64,000 nucleotides of DNA, from assembly GCA_002633005.1 (NCBI GenBank), contig NMRA01000619.1, forward strand, positions 169,704 to 233,703. The letters run 5' to 3'. Below are positions 25,081 to 41,300 of the stretch, in pieces. Within the stretch, counting starts at the first letter, position 1. The number at the start of each line of letters is the position of its first letter. The translations under genes and the position numbers were made by a program. The DNA is from Phoronis australis. Lineage: Eukaryota; Animalia; Phoronida. The notes below the pieces were generated by a model. That model was not told where the DNA came from. It ran no database searches and saw only the letters and a list, made by a program, of their open reading frames with translations.

Positions 25081-27454
25081 CTGTAACCACAACGATAACC
25101 ATGTGAAAGAGCAGTCTCACAACGGTTGGACTTAATTCACTCTCCTGGAGCATGCTGGATCAACCTCAAAGAACATGTGATTGGTTCCTGGTGATAACTT
25201 GAGCTCAGGAACTAATCAGATGATTTGTTTGGACGTCTCAACTTAAGTGGCATATATCAGCATGGATATACTTAGGCCTCAAAACCCTGCTCCTCAGCTG
25301 GGAGACTGAACCAGTAAATTAAATTGCTCCTGTCCAAAATTAAGTTGCCCGTTTCGCGTCGTTCACAACAGGCAAACTGGCTGTCCCTAACTCAAGAACC
25401 AGACCGAATTTGGTAACGCGATTCTATAAAACAAAAAATTCCTGTTAACAGGTTGAGGTAAAGCATTCTTGGAGGAACGGAAAAAATTTAACAGCCGCAT
25501 AGATCTGTGAGATCTGAGATCGCTATCGATTATTCCAATCACTATGAATTAAGTATTCAATTCGTGATAAAACGTTATGAAACAACGATGTTTCTACTAA
25601 TTCTTAAACGATCAACTTAGCAAACTTTATGTTGAAAGAACATATTCATTTTTCATGAAAGATATCTGCAACAATATCTCACTGCGGGACTGGATGTTCC
25701 TGGTGTTTGTGTGCAATGCCCTGGCAGACAATTATGACTTGGAAATGTCTTCAAGTAACAGCTTGTTTCACCAAGCGTCTCATTTTTTATCGCAAAAGAC
25801 AGCAAAGGTGAAAATAACAACCCTATCAATCGCCAACAATGGCTACAACTTGTCTATCAACAGAGAAGTTTGGAGCTGTTTCTCGAGCCCTTGTTTCTAG
25901 GGCTGAGCAGGGGCACATGCATGTATGAGTGATCTGTCAATCACATGTTACAGGCAATGTAACGTGTACTTCAGCAATTCAAGCGCGAAAACTTACATGT
26001 GCACACCACTCCAAAGCCACATATCAAAAGAGAACAGCAACGGTCCTAAATAAAAAAGTACTGGCTTGGGTGTTTATTTGATAACACTTAGATCCCAAGT
26101 CCTTAAGGATATTCCCGGCCCCGATGTTCCCTGTTTAGATGTTTGTTCGACTCGATGATCATTAGGTCCCATATCACATGTCCTCATTCAGCTATTGCAA
26201 ATAAAAAGGTAGGCAAAATTGTGGGCCAATTGGAAACAAAATTATTCCGGAGGCTAAAAAGGGCAGGTGGTAAAGATATCTGCCGACACAGTTACGTTGT
26301 ATACTATAAAGGCAAAGCTTGCCACACACAATCGTATTACAATAATATTTCTTACTATTACAGTCTCCTTTTTTACCGCAAACATTCAGGTTAAAGACCA
26401 TGCTCACGTAAGTGCCTGCCGTCTACTTTTGAAAATTATGAAATAACAGCCCATGCAATGCTAGACTACGCACCCACCTTGAACTTTTGAGAATTTTCAA
26501 GCACCCACTGCTCAGGCTAGCACCCACCTGTAATTTACTTTACCAAATTGATTTTCAAAACATTATTGTAAAGTGCATTTTCAAATTCAGAATCTGGATC
26601 AATTTTGAGTCACTGTGTACGTGGTTATATCAATGTAGTCATTGAAGGGGACATCGTATTCTGTAAGCGTCTCCTGTCCTAACTACATAAAAAACACCTG
26701 ACTGGTTTGAAATTGGCACTTACACAGTGGGTCACTCACTCTCATTCTATGCAAAAGCAAATTCAGTTTTCAAATGAACCTGTTTTTCTCGATATTTAAA
26801 CACCAAATCCCATGATCCTGGCTTGGTTTTATACCTCTGAAGGAGAAGAAGCACAACTTATGTGTCGTGACCAACCTAATCTTCCGATATGCGAGACATA
26901 GTCAGTGCTAAGGAAGCAAATTCAAATCACGGGATAATGGAAATCTGCAGAAAGTCCAAGTATTTCATGGCTTTTCATTTCATGCAAAAGTAATCACTGA
27001 ATACGTGTAGAATGTAACATTTTTTTGTGAAATTTGCACTGAATTGTGCCAGCGCATCAATATGTCATTCAATTTCAGAAACTAATTAAATCCACTTAAG
27101 CTTGTCTGTTACCATCAGAATTCTACACATTAATTAGAAGAAGTCCTGTTCAAATCCTTTATACTTCCATACCTTACTCATAACTGGAGCTTACAGGAGA
27201 TCCAATAATGTTAAGGTTTAGAATAGTCTCAAGCGGCCTAAACTGTCTACACGACGCATCCTTCACATGACTATCTTTATTTTCAAAGTACTTAACAATG
27301 CCAACAATACCAGTAGCTGTTAAAAATTATTTGATCCGTATACTAGACAAGGTCATCGTACTGATTTGAGATCTTCCGCCCCTTGGGTTATGCAATTCCT
27401 TCGTCATTCAATCAGCCATTTAGGACTACAATTATGTTGTGAATCGACAACTGG

Positions 27455-28160
27455 AATTCTCTTCCAGATATTTTACAAAAATGTCATGTCTAACAATTAC
27501 CTCCAGGATGAACACGCCATTAAGAAAATTATCAGGGATAATGTTAACCTTTGTAAGCCTGATGATTACCTCGATGTCATTATTTATTATCGGAATAGGA
27601 AGTCCTTCAACTTGGTCATGAAAAATAACATTTCTAAAGCGAAAGTCCGCCCCATTGCACAGTGTATTGTTGTTTATGAGTTTGTATGCCCTGTGAACGA
27701 ATCTCTTCGTTCAAACCTCAAGAAATTTTACATTGGTCAAACGGTTTGCAGTCTTTCTCATTGGTTATGTATACATCTTCAAAATGGCACCATCCAAGAT
27801 CATTTTTTGCAATGTCACGAAATGTAAAATCACCCATCAAGAAATTGTGGAAAACACATCAATTCGCTACGTGGAGCACGATGTGCTGCGATTGAAAGTA
27901 TTAGAGTACCTTTCAATTGCTTTTGAGAAGCCTGTTTTTAATGAGCAGCAAACAGGGTCGCGCCGCACGTTACCCTTGTTTGCGTGACTTTCCTGTTACC
28001 CCCCCATCAGCAATTCTTTGCAGTATCTCACACCCGCCGTGTCCCACTGTGTGTGTCACCAGCTTATGCTCTGTGGTGGCATTACTGCATCATTTAATCT
28101 TCACTTGAGAATGAAACAAGTATGTTTTGAAATATCGTGTGTCTTTTAATCATGTTGCTA
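27455..28160 (+). mobile_element. Second Penelope-like 3' fragment (Naiad-like GIY-YIG) with degenerate hammerhead at ~28101-28140
   Basis: YKN.M...Y..DE..IK.II..NV...IYY.N.K..NLVMKNN...VVYEF.CP...YIGQT...RL..LE...I....P..N.Q across a frameshift; ttgagaa-t-gaaaca/tgtttt-gaaa. Confidence 0.75.
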
Positions 28161-29868
28161 GGTCAGTTACTTTATCTATGTTCAGTTGAGAGTAGAGTTT
28201 TGTTCCAAAGGTACGAACATAACGGAATAAAGACTGCGAACAGTGAAAAGTGTCGTGCGTTTAACCAAGTCTCTATTAAGGAAAGCAACTCATTCATTAC
28301 AAAAAAAAAAAATTTAAAACAGTTTTTCATAATTTTAACAACTCAATAGCTGACACAATACTCGTTGCACTGAAAATGAAGAAGCATTGTACCGATCGAG
28401 ATCTGGCCTTTTCCTCGATATTGACCAGTTTAGGCACAGCTTTAGTAATGTCTCTCCTGTAAATGTAGTGACAATCAATGTTATCATCATATTTTCTTTA
28501 ATGTGTCCTCCCCAAATGCCAGAGGAACTCACTCCTCTGTGCACTCAATGAAAACCAATTAGTTGTAAATACTCTCCATTACTGTAATGATATTTCTACT
28601 AAAATAACATTTAATATTCAACGGTAGTCTAAACGTCAACCTTTTTTTCAATGACTTCATCTTAAGTCGTGTTAGTAAATTTCTATGCATCGCTTATAAA
28701 TCTTGTTGCTTCTGATTTCCATATTTGTACATATTTTTTAACATGTTTGCACTGTCTAGTATATCTAAATATTTGAATACTTAATACTTGGTTGAATACA
28801 CGATACTTGACAAGTTCAGTTCTAAAAAAGTCGCAGCTATTTTTCCAACGTGTATTTCTCCTATGTCAAGTTGCATACTTAGCTACTCAAGTACACGTGT
28901 TGGTTAGATAGTGCTAATTCAACTTTCACATTGACAACTAAGTTGCTCGATGTAAGGCAGTGCAAGAACTTTCGAGCTCTTCATTTAGTTTGTCACAAAA
29001 TAAAACGCCGCCGATATTTCGTGTACCAACTTTGTTCACCATGAGTAAGCCCCGAGTATTGTTGTCACAAAAATGTCTTGCACTCAATGCGACCTTTTGT
29101 CTAGACAAATCACAACAAGTCTAACATCCACTCGCTCAGTTCGAGCGCACTGCATTGATGTTTTTTACTACTGGAACACCGACACGTGGAGCAAAATTAA
29201 TCCTAAATTCAGGATACAAGCACCAAACGGAAAAGAAAATTTATTCATTTGAACTCTACAAAAGTCTGGGGAACAGCAGAGTGCAGCTATGCTCCAAAAA
29301 TTTGTTGGCCATCTGGCTGGTGATCTATTTACCGTTTATAGTCGCATTGGCAACTGGACAAGAGGCTAAGTATACCCTGATCAGGTGAGTGAATCAAGTG
29401 CAACCAATGACAACACAGGTCAAGGTGTGAGAAAAATGTTTAACCTAACTTTGTAAAGAAACCGGTATACAAACTAGATGACAATTTTAAGAAGCAACAT
29501 GTTCAGGCAGTCAACATTCATGACTACCATCAATGGTGAAGAAAAGCAGAAAACATGAGGAACTTGAAAAAAATGTAAACAGTGGAAATATTCAGATCAT
29601 GAATTTTTGTGTTCACAATCATCCCTTATTTCATTCGTAGGCTCATCTAGGTACCTCCAAGACTAGTTTAGCCAATCGTGTGTCACCTGTGTAATGCAAC
29701 TGTTACAGCTGACCCACATACCAAATGCAACCAAGTCTGGGGGATTCCTCTTAAATTAATGACAGGAGAGAAAAAATGTTGGTAGCTACTTAAGAAAATG
29801 TCAAGATACTGAACCATACCAAGCAACAGTAAGCTGCTTTGTACATTGAGGGCAAAGTTGGCTATTTA

Positions 29869-30075
<207 letters not shown>

Positions 30076-30350
30076 TCAAATCAGGCACAGTTTATCTTGT
30101 TACAAATCACACAAAACAAATCGCAACAAAAACAAAATCAAGAGCAAAAATCTTTCTATCAAAATGAAATTAATTTTGTAGGTGGAAAATCAAAAGATTA
30201 ATATGTGGCCTTACATTTGTGAGAACAGCAAAATCATTTGATATATCATTTTGCGAGGGTAACATATTAGACTTCTTCCAACAGGCAAAACATCTAAAAC
30301 CCATCATTAAAGACAAGCAATGATCAAGATTTAGAGGCACCATCAATTCA

Positions 30351-30530
<180 letters not shown>

Positions 30531-30551
30531 CTAGAATTGTGAGGTAGTAAN

Positions 30552-31253
30552 GCTCTGGGCTGGAGAAAACAGCACAGGGCGAATCACTACTGGGGTACGT
30601 TCGGAGGCACAGGTGACAGTAGATGAAATGCCTCCACTGGCTCCAGTCACTGTACTCAGTGGCCACAGTTCGCTAGGCTTCTCGCTTCAAAAACACACTT
30701 CTCGGGGGTGGCGACGGGGCACTGCCGGGAATCAACACAGACGGAATGGCATCCTTCTTCAGACGTTAATTGTTTCGCAGGGACCTTCATCAGTTCAGCG
30801 TACAAATCCCTTTCGTAATCGGACGACAGAAAGTGCTTGCCACACACACGGTAATTCTCCACTGCTTTGTACGTTGCGTGGACGGGTAACGCTGCGTTCT
30901 TCACACGAACGAGCCAAGTACGGCGAAGTGTGTCATCCATCGGAAAGCGATGCAAAGGTACTCCCAAAGCGCAGCAACAGTGTGGCATGTTGACTGACTA
31001 GTAAATGAAAGCAAACGACGACGGAACTCAACACAAACGAGGTAGAACAATGACTGACTCGGCAGCTCTCACAGTCAGACTATATGAAAAGAAATTGGTG
31101 CGAAATGCTTGCCTCCTAAAACGTCACTTCCGGAGTAGCGGAGGAGTAATTAATAAAATTACGAAAAGCTGTAATTAAGTGGAAAATATGTCTAGGATAA
31201 CCAATCAACCTTATTTTAGCTCAAAATGACATGGAAAAAGGTTGCCTTCGCCT
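30552..31253 (-). mobile_element. Family A Kolobok copy (THAP-side end), cut off at the N at 30551
   Basis: Nearly identical to 7145-7890 apart from small indels; ends gccttcgcct|TTAA. Confidence 0.9.
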
Positions 31254-31554
31254 TTAAGTAGTTTTTAGAATTCCCATGATTTTAAACTGTCCATAAAATC
31301 TTCTGGCAGGTGACGTGTGTTCAGAGTAGTGTAAAACGATCCACCATACCACAGTAACTCACAATAAAAATGTTATAAGGAGCTCTACATCAAGTTAAGA
31401 GTTAAATTTGATGGGATCCTTTGAAAACTATCTATCACAAAAAATGTCACCCCCAAATGAAAACCCAAACATGTTGGAAGAATCAAGTGCAGGTAGACAC
31501 GAGTTTGCACAGATGAAGAACCAAATTGATGATTTGGAGGAATGTTTCAAATAC

Positions 31555-31706
31555 CTGTCTAAAATAGGTGTCTCACTGTCGCCCCAGGTGAAGGAGCCAT
31601 CTTGAATTACTACAGGGTCCGTCACATCAGTGTCTTGCTGAACGATGGTCTCATCAAGCTCATTGTGACTCAGGAACTTGGTCAGTCGCCGGATGGACAC
31701 ATTGGC
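31555..31706 (-). CDS. ABCC1: ABCC1-like exon (ANVSIRRLTKFLSHNELD...DGSFTWGDSETPILD)
   Basis: ctacag| ... |gtattt, 152 nt, phase 0-2. Confidence 0.93.
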
Positions 31707-32199
31707 CTGTAGAGGAACAAAAAGTAAGCTACAGAAAGGAGTGTTGCAACACTGCAACAGCATAAAGACAAAATAGTGCCAAAATTAAGCAATATAACAC
31801 TAAAAGCAACCAGGCTAATAACAGTTTCTAGTATCTGTCAGTAGGATTTAATGGCTGCACTTGACTGACTTTGCCAAATCTGCTGACTCAACCAGAAAAC
31901 AAAACCGTTGGTTCTCCATTAGCACCTCTGGCTTACAGACCAATCCCATGACTTAGCCGGTTGACCCACTGGATCCGGCAGTCAGTCAAGCGCTGCTAAT
32001 ATACAGTCATGCAAAGACAGCAAAAATATAGAGACCAAGCAAGCATAAATGAAAATTTAATTAGTTTTGAATGTGTAAAATTTGTGGTTTCCTAAATTTA
32101 GTGATTTCCATTTTACACAAATTTATAGTACCAATAGTTTTTGCTAGCCTTCAAGTAACAATAAACCACAAGATAGAGTTTAGTCCACAGTATACTGAA

Positions 32200-32923
<724 letters not shown>

Positions 32924-35900
32924 CTAGTGCAACAGGGAAGAACTATAATTATGTCCAACGGTGACTTGGTCAAATACTTTCCAACAGAAACAAGCAAATG
33001 TGAAGATTCAGTGTTCAGCCATAAAGTTGTAGCCAAGATTACTTTGCCTTGTCAAAACGAGACAGTGCAACTTGGATGAGTAAAATAAAATTTCCACTGA
33101 TTGCTGTGAAAGATGTACGCAGCTTTCCTCACTGCGATCAGATCAGAACACAGTTGGATGGTCTCATCAGTTCTTTTACTGCATAATACCATCCTTACTC
33201 ATAATAGACACGTCTATATACATTAAGATTATGTTGGCCTTTAAAAGATAAGATTCTATACATTAAGACAGAATTGCCTTACAACAGAGCCATTAAGGTT
33301 ATGTTGGGCCTCAGAAATACCTCTACATGTTATCGTTATGTTGGGCCTTCTAGACATGTCAGTACATTTAGACAGGATTGTGTTATGGCAGAGCAATTAA
33401 AGGTCATATTGGGGCTCATAGACACTTATATTATTAAGGATATGCTGAGCCTTATAGACATGTCTGTACATTTAGACAGGGTATTGTGTTACGACACAGA
33501 CGTTAAGGTTATGTTGGGCCTTAAAAATACATCGTCAGATTTAGCCAAACACTTACTATAAAATTAAACTTTGTAAAAGTATATTTTCTACAAGTGGAAA
33601 GCCTGTAGACTTTGATTTTTAACTTGGATGTCTTTCTGTCATTAATTGTGTCACGTTCTCATGTCTGTTTCAGTAAAATTATCAAATTTCAATGCACTCT
33701 CACAACAAAACAAGGGTATCAATAACACAATCACATTTCATTCAGTGTTCAGGACAAAATCTCAAAGACACTAAAACACTGCCACTTTTTTCTAAAATAT
33801 GACTTCCTTTTCGTCTTATGCAACTTTTGTTTTTTGACAAAAACATAAAAAAACTATTTTTGATAGCCCACATTAAAAATATATCATAAGTGTAAACAGA
33901 CGTATGTCAAACATTTCTGTAACATTATATGTAGGGTCCTCTACATAGTGCAGATACCACAGATGATCATTATTTTAAACATTCTCATTGAAGGGAGCAA
34001 TGGGAGTAAATTTAAAACAAGGAAACACAACGCAAGTCAGCACTTTTCTCTTCAACAGAAGCACCATTTCATCATGACTCCTCAAGCATTTTGGAGCATA
34101 GAGAAAATCAGCCTAAAAATGAGAGGACTCGAATTTTTGAGAATGCAGTGGTGGATCTAGGATATCTTAAAGACCCCATATAACGGCCAAATGACTTTTG
34201 AACATGTTAAATATGTGTATCATTGACCCACACAAACATATCAACCCTTCCTTTACTCCCGACATTAGCTAATTATGCCAATTGCTATCGTAGGCCCCAT
34301 CAGGAACCCCATTTAGCACCGAAAAAAACTTTAGGTGGCGTTCATTCTAATCGGCGCAAATGTTTTGACCCAAGACGTACCGTTGCCACACGAAACTTAC
34401 CTGCAGTGACGGGTGCATATTTCAAATCACACATTTTCAAAATTACATGTTAGAGACAACAAAGTTCAAATACTACACGACACTTCCACATGCATGTAAT
34501 GTCCTACAAGTCATTGTGCCTTGATACGGTCTAGTGTCACCGAAGTCAGTAGCACGTTCTCGGTGGGGACCACTTACTCAGTCCAACATCAAATACTTAT
34601 TCACAAAGACGTTGGGGTCTAACGAACCAATTAAAGTACAGGGTCCCTGCGTGTATTGGGAGACCGGTTGGCAATGAATGGAGATTTGTCAGACCCACGG
34701 TGTCACAATTTGGTTTGACTTTTATGTGACTTTAAAATCAAGAGATTGCTGTTGTTAGTTGGTCTATGCAGAGCTAACCCCTTCGTATTGTTATGCAAAT
34801 GTGCTCATTTTGCAAATGCAGGTAGCAGTCACGATTATGCTGGTATACACGTGTTACTTGGCAGTCTACCAATAGTTTGGGCGGAGAGCAGTTGTGCTTT
34901 GCCAAGCTCTGACTTTATATTTGAAGCACATGGTCCTGATACCAGTCAAAACGCTTTGGAACGCGCAAGTGTGTTTTGTATCGAATATTTGTTTGTACAT
35001 ATGTTGTGCTAGTCAGTTTAATTTACCTGAGTGATACGTGCCTTAGCATTCCTTCTAGATATAATTCGAATATATGTTTATGCTATGGTTGGTTATTGAG
35101 TGGGTTGACTTACTTGTTACTGCACTTGTGTAATTTCTGGGTGACCCATACAGCTGAACCACAGATGCAGGAGGCTGGTCAAGCTGGGCGGCGTAATATT
35201 TGTCCGCAAGAGGCTGGTCAAGCTGGGCGGCGTAATATTTGTCAAGCAGTGAAAATCTCTGATGCCAAGAAAACTAAGTTGTGGCACGTGTAGGACCGTA
35301 AAGAGACACTGAGACCCTTGTGAACTATAGCAATTCTCGTATCGACAATCATTATTATAAGTTTGTGTTGTGTGTGTGTGTGTTTGAGAGATAATATATA
35401 TTATATAGTTAACTTGTTCTGTTTTGTGCCTTGAGAAATTGTCTGACACTAGACGAACTTGACATACGGCGACATCCTGGCGGAATGCGTGTACCAGAGA
35501 ACAAATCTGTTTATAGTCACTCCGAGACAATTATGGGATTACATCAGGGAGTAAGTCAGCATTACACATCTTACGAAGCAAAAAGCTCATGCGCAGCATG
35601 ATAAAAAAGAAAGACCCGGAACTTTTCACACTTGGGTCAGAAAAGCATAATACCTTGCTATGGACGAAGGTTACAGTGCAATTAAGCGTTCAATGAAATG
35701 TAAGGCGATATGGAAGATTAAGGATGATGATTAGACCAAAACAGAACACAGCTACAACAATAAAACTACGCGACACGGTTGTCACCAACTCTGACATAAC
35801 CTGAGTAGCAGGTATGTGTTAGCTGTGAAGACGATATGTTGGGCACAATGGCTAAAACTATATTAAAATGTGAAGGAAAATGGGCTAGTTATATTACACA

Positions 35901-36329
35901 CTGTGTATATAACTAAAACCCCAAATGTTAGCTTAGTTGTTTCACGGAATCATGGGGCAGCCAATCTCAACAACCAGCCAAATACCAAGACCGCATATCA
36001 TTAGGACATCGGGCCATTCAGTGGTTCTTGTAGTTGGACAATGCTTCTCTACATCAACCGGTGTTGCTGCCCTTGATATTCCAAAAGTAGTGGAACAGAG
36101 CAATTATCACATCCAGTGTTCTCCACAATACCAAATCCAAACTCTACACAAATTTCTAGAGTTCAGTATCAGTAGTCAACGCTACCTTTTCTCTTATAGC
36201 CTTTTAAAACATCTCTGCAGGAGAAAAAAACATACATTGAACTGGTCAGGTGTGACCTACTTTTTAACACTGTAGGGCCTACACATGAAAACCGCTGATG
36301 ACTGTCTCACGAATAAAAAACTTGTTGTT

Positions 36330-37325
36330 AAAAGCACGTGACCAGGAAGCGCGCGATACATACCTGTCACTTGACATCGCAGGCGTTAGTCGTGGGGAAC
36401 TATCAATGAAACTACGCCGGGTAGCCATATGGGCAAGAAATAAATATCGAGCACTAATTTCAGAAAAGCTCTAATGCAGTAAAAACTGTTGCGTTGTTTT
36501 TAAGAGAGATTGCTTTATTAATCACTTTTTCAATGTATTCATAGTTGGTGTTTTTAAAGTAAAATATCTGATAAAATGCCCCACTGATAGTAGACACCTC
36601 CGCCCCCGAATCTCTCGGAAAATAACTCAGATTGTCACACATACAGTCACCCAAGGACTCAATGACATTCAGCCTTACTTAGACAATTCTCGCAGGTTTA
36701 AATAGTAGACGTGATCAGCCAGTGCTAAATAAAACGCGTTCTTATGACACTGCTTGTGTTACTTCTTTAGTTACAATGCACACCTCCAGCAAATGAACGC
36801 TGCTGACACGCACGCGCTCGCTCACTCACACACACAGACGATCTTCAAAACACAGGTCACGTGACTACCACATGTGTTTTCATCCAGAGATTTTTCTCAC
36901 GCTGCTGGATACGATCTTGCGCAGATTTAAGCCTATCTTGTTCATAATACCGACTCCACAGGAACTTAAAATCTTAAGGACGCTATTTGGAAAACTTAAA
37001 TGAGGATTTCAGGTAATTTGTTGAGTCGAAACTATATTTTCAAAATATAGTTTATTCAAGCAGCGGTGTAGTCGGAGAGTTTTGCCCTGGGATTTCCGCA
37101 CAATTTTCTGTAGAATGATCGTAATTCAACAATGACAAAGTTTGATATCGATGCGTCACAGTTTTGTTGTTTAATTGAATGCCTGTCACAAGCTACAGAT
37201 ACATCACATAGCGTAAATTAGATGAAACCTAGTTTCCGATTTCACCCGTTTGGGAGACCGGGTATCAACCTCCTTGGGTAACAATTAGCGCCCCCGCCCA
37301 GGGTGCCTTAATACGGCGAATACAG
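36330..37325 (-). mobile_element. Inverted diverged copy of the 10518-11400 pogo-like segment
   Basis: ttaaaagcacgtgaccaggaagcgcgcg and gatttcacccgtttgggagaccggg...ggcgaatacag are reverse complements of motifs at 11360-11395 and 10520-10605. Confidence 0.75.
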
Positions 37326-38025
37326 TGCTGCTAAAATGCCTCATATGAAAGTGAATTATATGTTTACTGTTGTTAAAAGTAGGCTCTGATTAGATGCTGA
37401 GGGCTACAGTACCACGTCAGCCAACTTGAAGGTTTTAAACCTGGAGCGGCAATTGATGCCCTTTCCCCAAACTCGACGCGGCAAAATCCAAACTCATTAC
37501 CGCGTCGAGTCAAAACAGGTCGTGGAGAACACTGACATCAGCTATGTATGCAGGGTAAAAAAATACTGGCTGCAAAAAATGAAATGTCAATGACAGAAAC
37601 TTGTAATTGTTTAACATGTTTGAATTCTGATAAAAACCCATAATACTTTTATGTTTTATTAATTTATTAAAACAGTTTTGAGTGGAATACGTACCAAACA
37701 GTTGTAATGTTGTGATCAATTACATAATATCTGAGAATTTGATTCCAGTTAATCATTAAATATTTCAATGCTAAGTTTTTTCAGAACTGTATTTGCTAGT
37801 GCCATTTATTTCTAAGGACCTTTTAAAAATTGGATGCAATTAGAGAAACATTGGTCGAAAATGAACTTTAAAAAAAATGACTTTCGTTCAGGATTTAATA
37901 AAACTATTGTCATGTTGTCTGGTGATGTCCCTAAACCGTAGTTATATAGGATTTCTAGTTCAAGAATGGGCAAGTACCCAGAAACTCACTGATTGGTGCA
38001 TTTGGCCAAAGGAGAAAAATAATCA

Positions 38026-38292
<267 letters not shown>

Positions 38293-38313
38293 TCAAATTT
38301 ATATTTAAATTAA

Positions 38314-41300
38314 AAGGTTCCTGAAGTACAATAACATGCATTTTTGATGTAATTTAACTTAGGAATAAAGTCTATATCAGAAATCACATCTTTGTTATTC
38401 TTTCACATTTTTGTAAAAAAAGCTTTTTTCCAATTTGAATTCCCATTGGCTAACGCGCGTTTGACGTCACTGAGGCTGTATTGTGGGTGAAGGCAACGAG
38501 ATAAATTAAGCTTATTATATATATAGCTACAGAACTGTGCTTAATGTGTACAATTCATCTGCGATCTCGGATCTCAAAAGTTCCTAATACAAGTTTACTG
38601 CCGTGTAGTGTTGAATATTAGAGGACGATTGCCGTTCTCGGCACCTGGCAGATAGGAAAGGGCCCCGACTGCGTAGCCAAGTCTTGATGCAAGCTGTATA
38701 CTTAATATACAGCGGCCGTTGCACCGACGTGGGTAAAAATTGATAAAATAAAATCTGAAACAAAATAAGTGTCATTAAAAATTATAATTCCTTGACTAAA
38801 CTAAATTATTTACTGGTGTTGAAAAAATTGGCGTTATGTAATTCACTCTGCTGCTAAAATTTGGGTGAGCTCTTTATGGTCAGCTTTCGGCGCCATCACA
38901 TGTTGCCTTATTGGCCAGTTTCGTTCCCCGAGTTGTTCTTCTTCCATCGTATAACAAGAGCAATGCCGAGCGTTGAAATGCACAAACAAATGCATCACAA
39001 ATTGTGTCGTACAAATGACCACTAAATTTAATAGAAATCTGTCATGGAACTTCAGAGAAACAAAGGAAAACAGAATAAAATGAAATTGCCACTATGGGGC
39101 ACACTGTTCATTGGTTCCGCCTGAAAGTCGCCTTTGTTTGTTGTTAGCTTCATTTAAAATACACTAATTGTCTTACAAATTAAATTTAATAAAGATCCTG
39201 CAGTGGGTTTAGGAGATACAGCTATGGACGCAAAACAAAACAACCACTAGGAGGCGCCACAGTAGTCAAAGTTGTCCTCGTTAACTGTCCTCTTCGTCAA
39301 CCATTCTCTTCACACTGAGAACATAAACGTCAATTTTCAAAACCATCCTTGGAATGATTTGGTTAATAGAGTGGTACACGCCAAAAAGAACAGACTAGAA
39401 AAGAGCAAAAATGGCCACTAGGTGGCGCAAAATACCTTGATTCCATCCGAAAATGGGAGGAAAGTGTCATCTCACCAATACACCTAATTCACGTGGCAGA
39501 CATTAAAATCCAAAGCGTGGCTCACTGCGATAAACAAAGCCGAAGTTAACATTGGGTGAGTTAAATGGCCGTTTTTTCGAGACCAACCTGGATATTAAAT
39601 CTTAAAAATGTGTCGATAATTAACCACGGAGACGTAGAAAAATACATTAGTTAATGCACCAAAGAGTAGGCTGACAAAAGGGTATATTTTTTGGAAAACT
39701 AGGTTTGAAACATGAAAAGTAAATATCACCAAATTGCAGCGATTCTAGTGTTATGGAAGATATAGGTATTATGCTGAATACAGGGTTACGTTTCTTTTTG
39801 TAAATTATAGATAAAAATGCTTTCTGCATGAACCAGGTCATCTGCTCGTATTGTTGACAAGTTGAAGACATATTCGACTGTGGTGGCTCATCGCACTTTG
39901 CTGTCATGTGCAATTAGTCACATCTGGTTTAATTTGTTGATCAAGAATAATAACATCAAGCATAGCCTGGGTCCTGGTGAGGTAGAGACTACTGGGACTA
40001 ACAATTGATTTGTCATTTATCTGAAAGGATAATTGATGTTATTAAAGATATTTTTATCAAAATAAAAAACTGGCTGGTAATTGAAAATAGAAATCATTTG
40101 ACCATCAATTCTGCTTTCTTGGTTTTAATAAGTCTTACGTCTATTTCATGTGTATCAATCTGGACAAAGTTGAATTTTAAAATCAAAACACCTAATTTGT
40201 TCGTCCAAAGCATAACCTCGTTTTAGAACTCAATTTCAGTTAACTGGACAGAGCAAGCATAGTTTATTATGTTTCTTCAGGAGCCTCATTCATCCGAGGG
40301 AAAAGGTGCCTGTGCCTTCTGAGGGGATTTTTTTTGCTGAGTGAGGGGAAAAATCTACCTCCCGATCACCATGCAGTGGCACCCCCGCCCTGTTGCAAGC
40401 TCTCATAGTCTCTGTCTTAATTTAAAGTAACATTTTGTGTTATTTCAAATTGTCACCTGTGCGGTTACAGGTGATTTGAACTTCAGAGAGAAATTTTCAA
40501 CAACTAGGGGAATTTTTAGGCCTTGTGGGAGGGGAATTTTGCGTGATTTTTCAATATTTATGAGAGGAAATAGGGCAGATATTCGGCCCCAAAATAGAGG
40601 GATTGAGGGCTCTGTCCTTTTTGGAAAAAAATGCATCCAAAGTCATGAAAACACAGACTAGATGGCCAAAGATTCTCCGGTCGCTGCTATGATGCTTGGC
40701 AACCGAGATGCAACAAAAATATATGATCCAACTTTTCGAAAACATTTATAAATTTTACACGGACATATTTTCCTTCGTCACGGCGTAAGACAACAACACA
40801 ATGCTTCCGAATCTCAACGTCCTGGATTGTAAAGCAGACACTCGAGTGTCTGTATTTTTTCCAGCTGTTCGACCAACGCTGAATACAACTAAGCCGATGA
40901 GCCAACAGAGCTATCGTAGCAAGCCTCGCTTTGGAACGCGCCTCCTGTGGGCGTGAATTACGTCTATAGATGCCCGTATTCAAAATTTCATGAAAATCTG
41001 TTGAGGAGCTTTGAAGATACAGAGGGCACACAGGGGGCACACCAGAGGCCAGATCCATCTGAAAATCATCGTCGTCCGTTGTCAACATCATATAAACACA
41101 CTTATTAGGATAGATCCTACAAAAGGTTTAGGATATCGCCATGGGCGCAAAAAAGAAAGATGCCACTAGGAGGCGCTACAGTAGTCGAAGTCATCAGAAA
41201 ATCATCGTCAGCTGTCCACTTCATAGTAAAAATATACATACCAATTTTCAAAATTATCCTAAAAGCGGTTTGGTTGAAAGAGGGGTGCACGCCAAAAAAA

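Noticed and set aside
27100-28950. CR1/L2 reverse-transcriptase scraps around the second Penelope fragment
   Set aside because: Only faint residue patterns; no continuous motif could be read
34495-35543. Solo LTR (TGTAAT...ATTACA) with an internal tandem duplication at ~35170-35245
   Set aside because: No matching target-site duplication in the flanks and no second copy in the window
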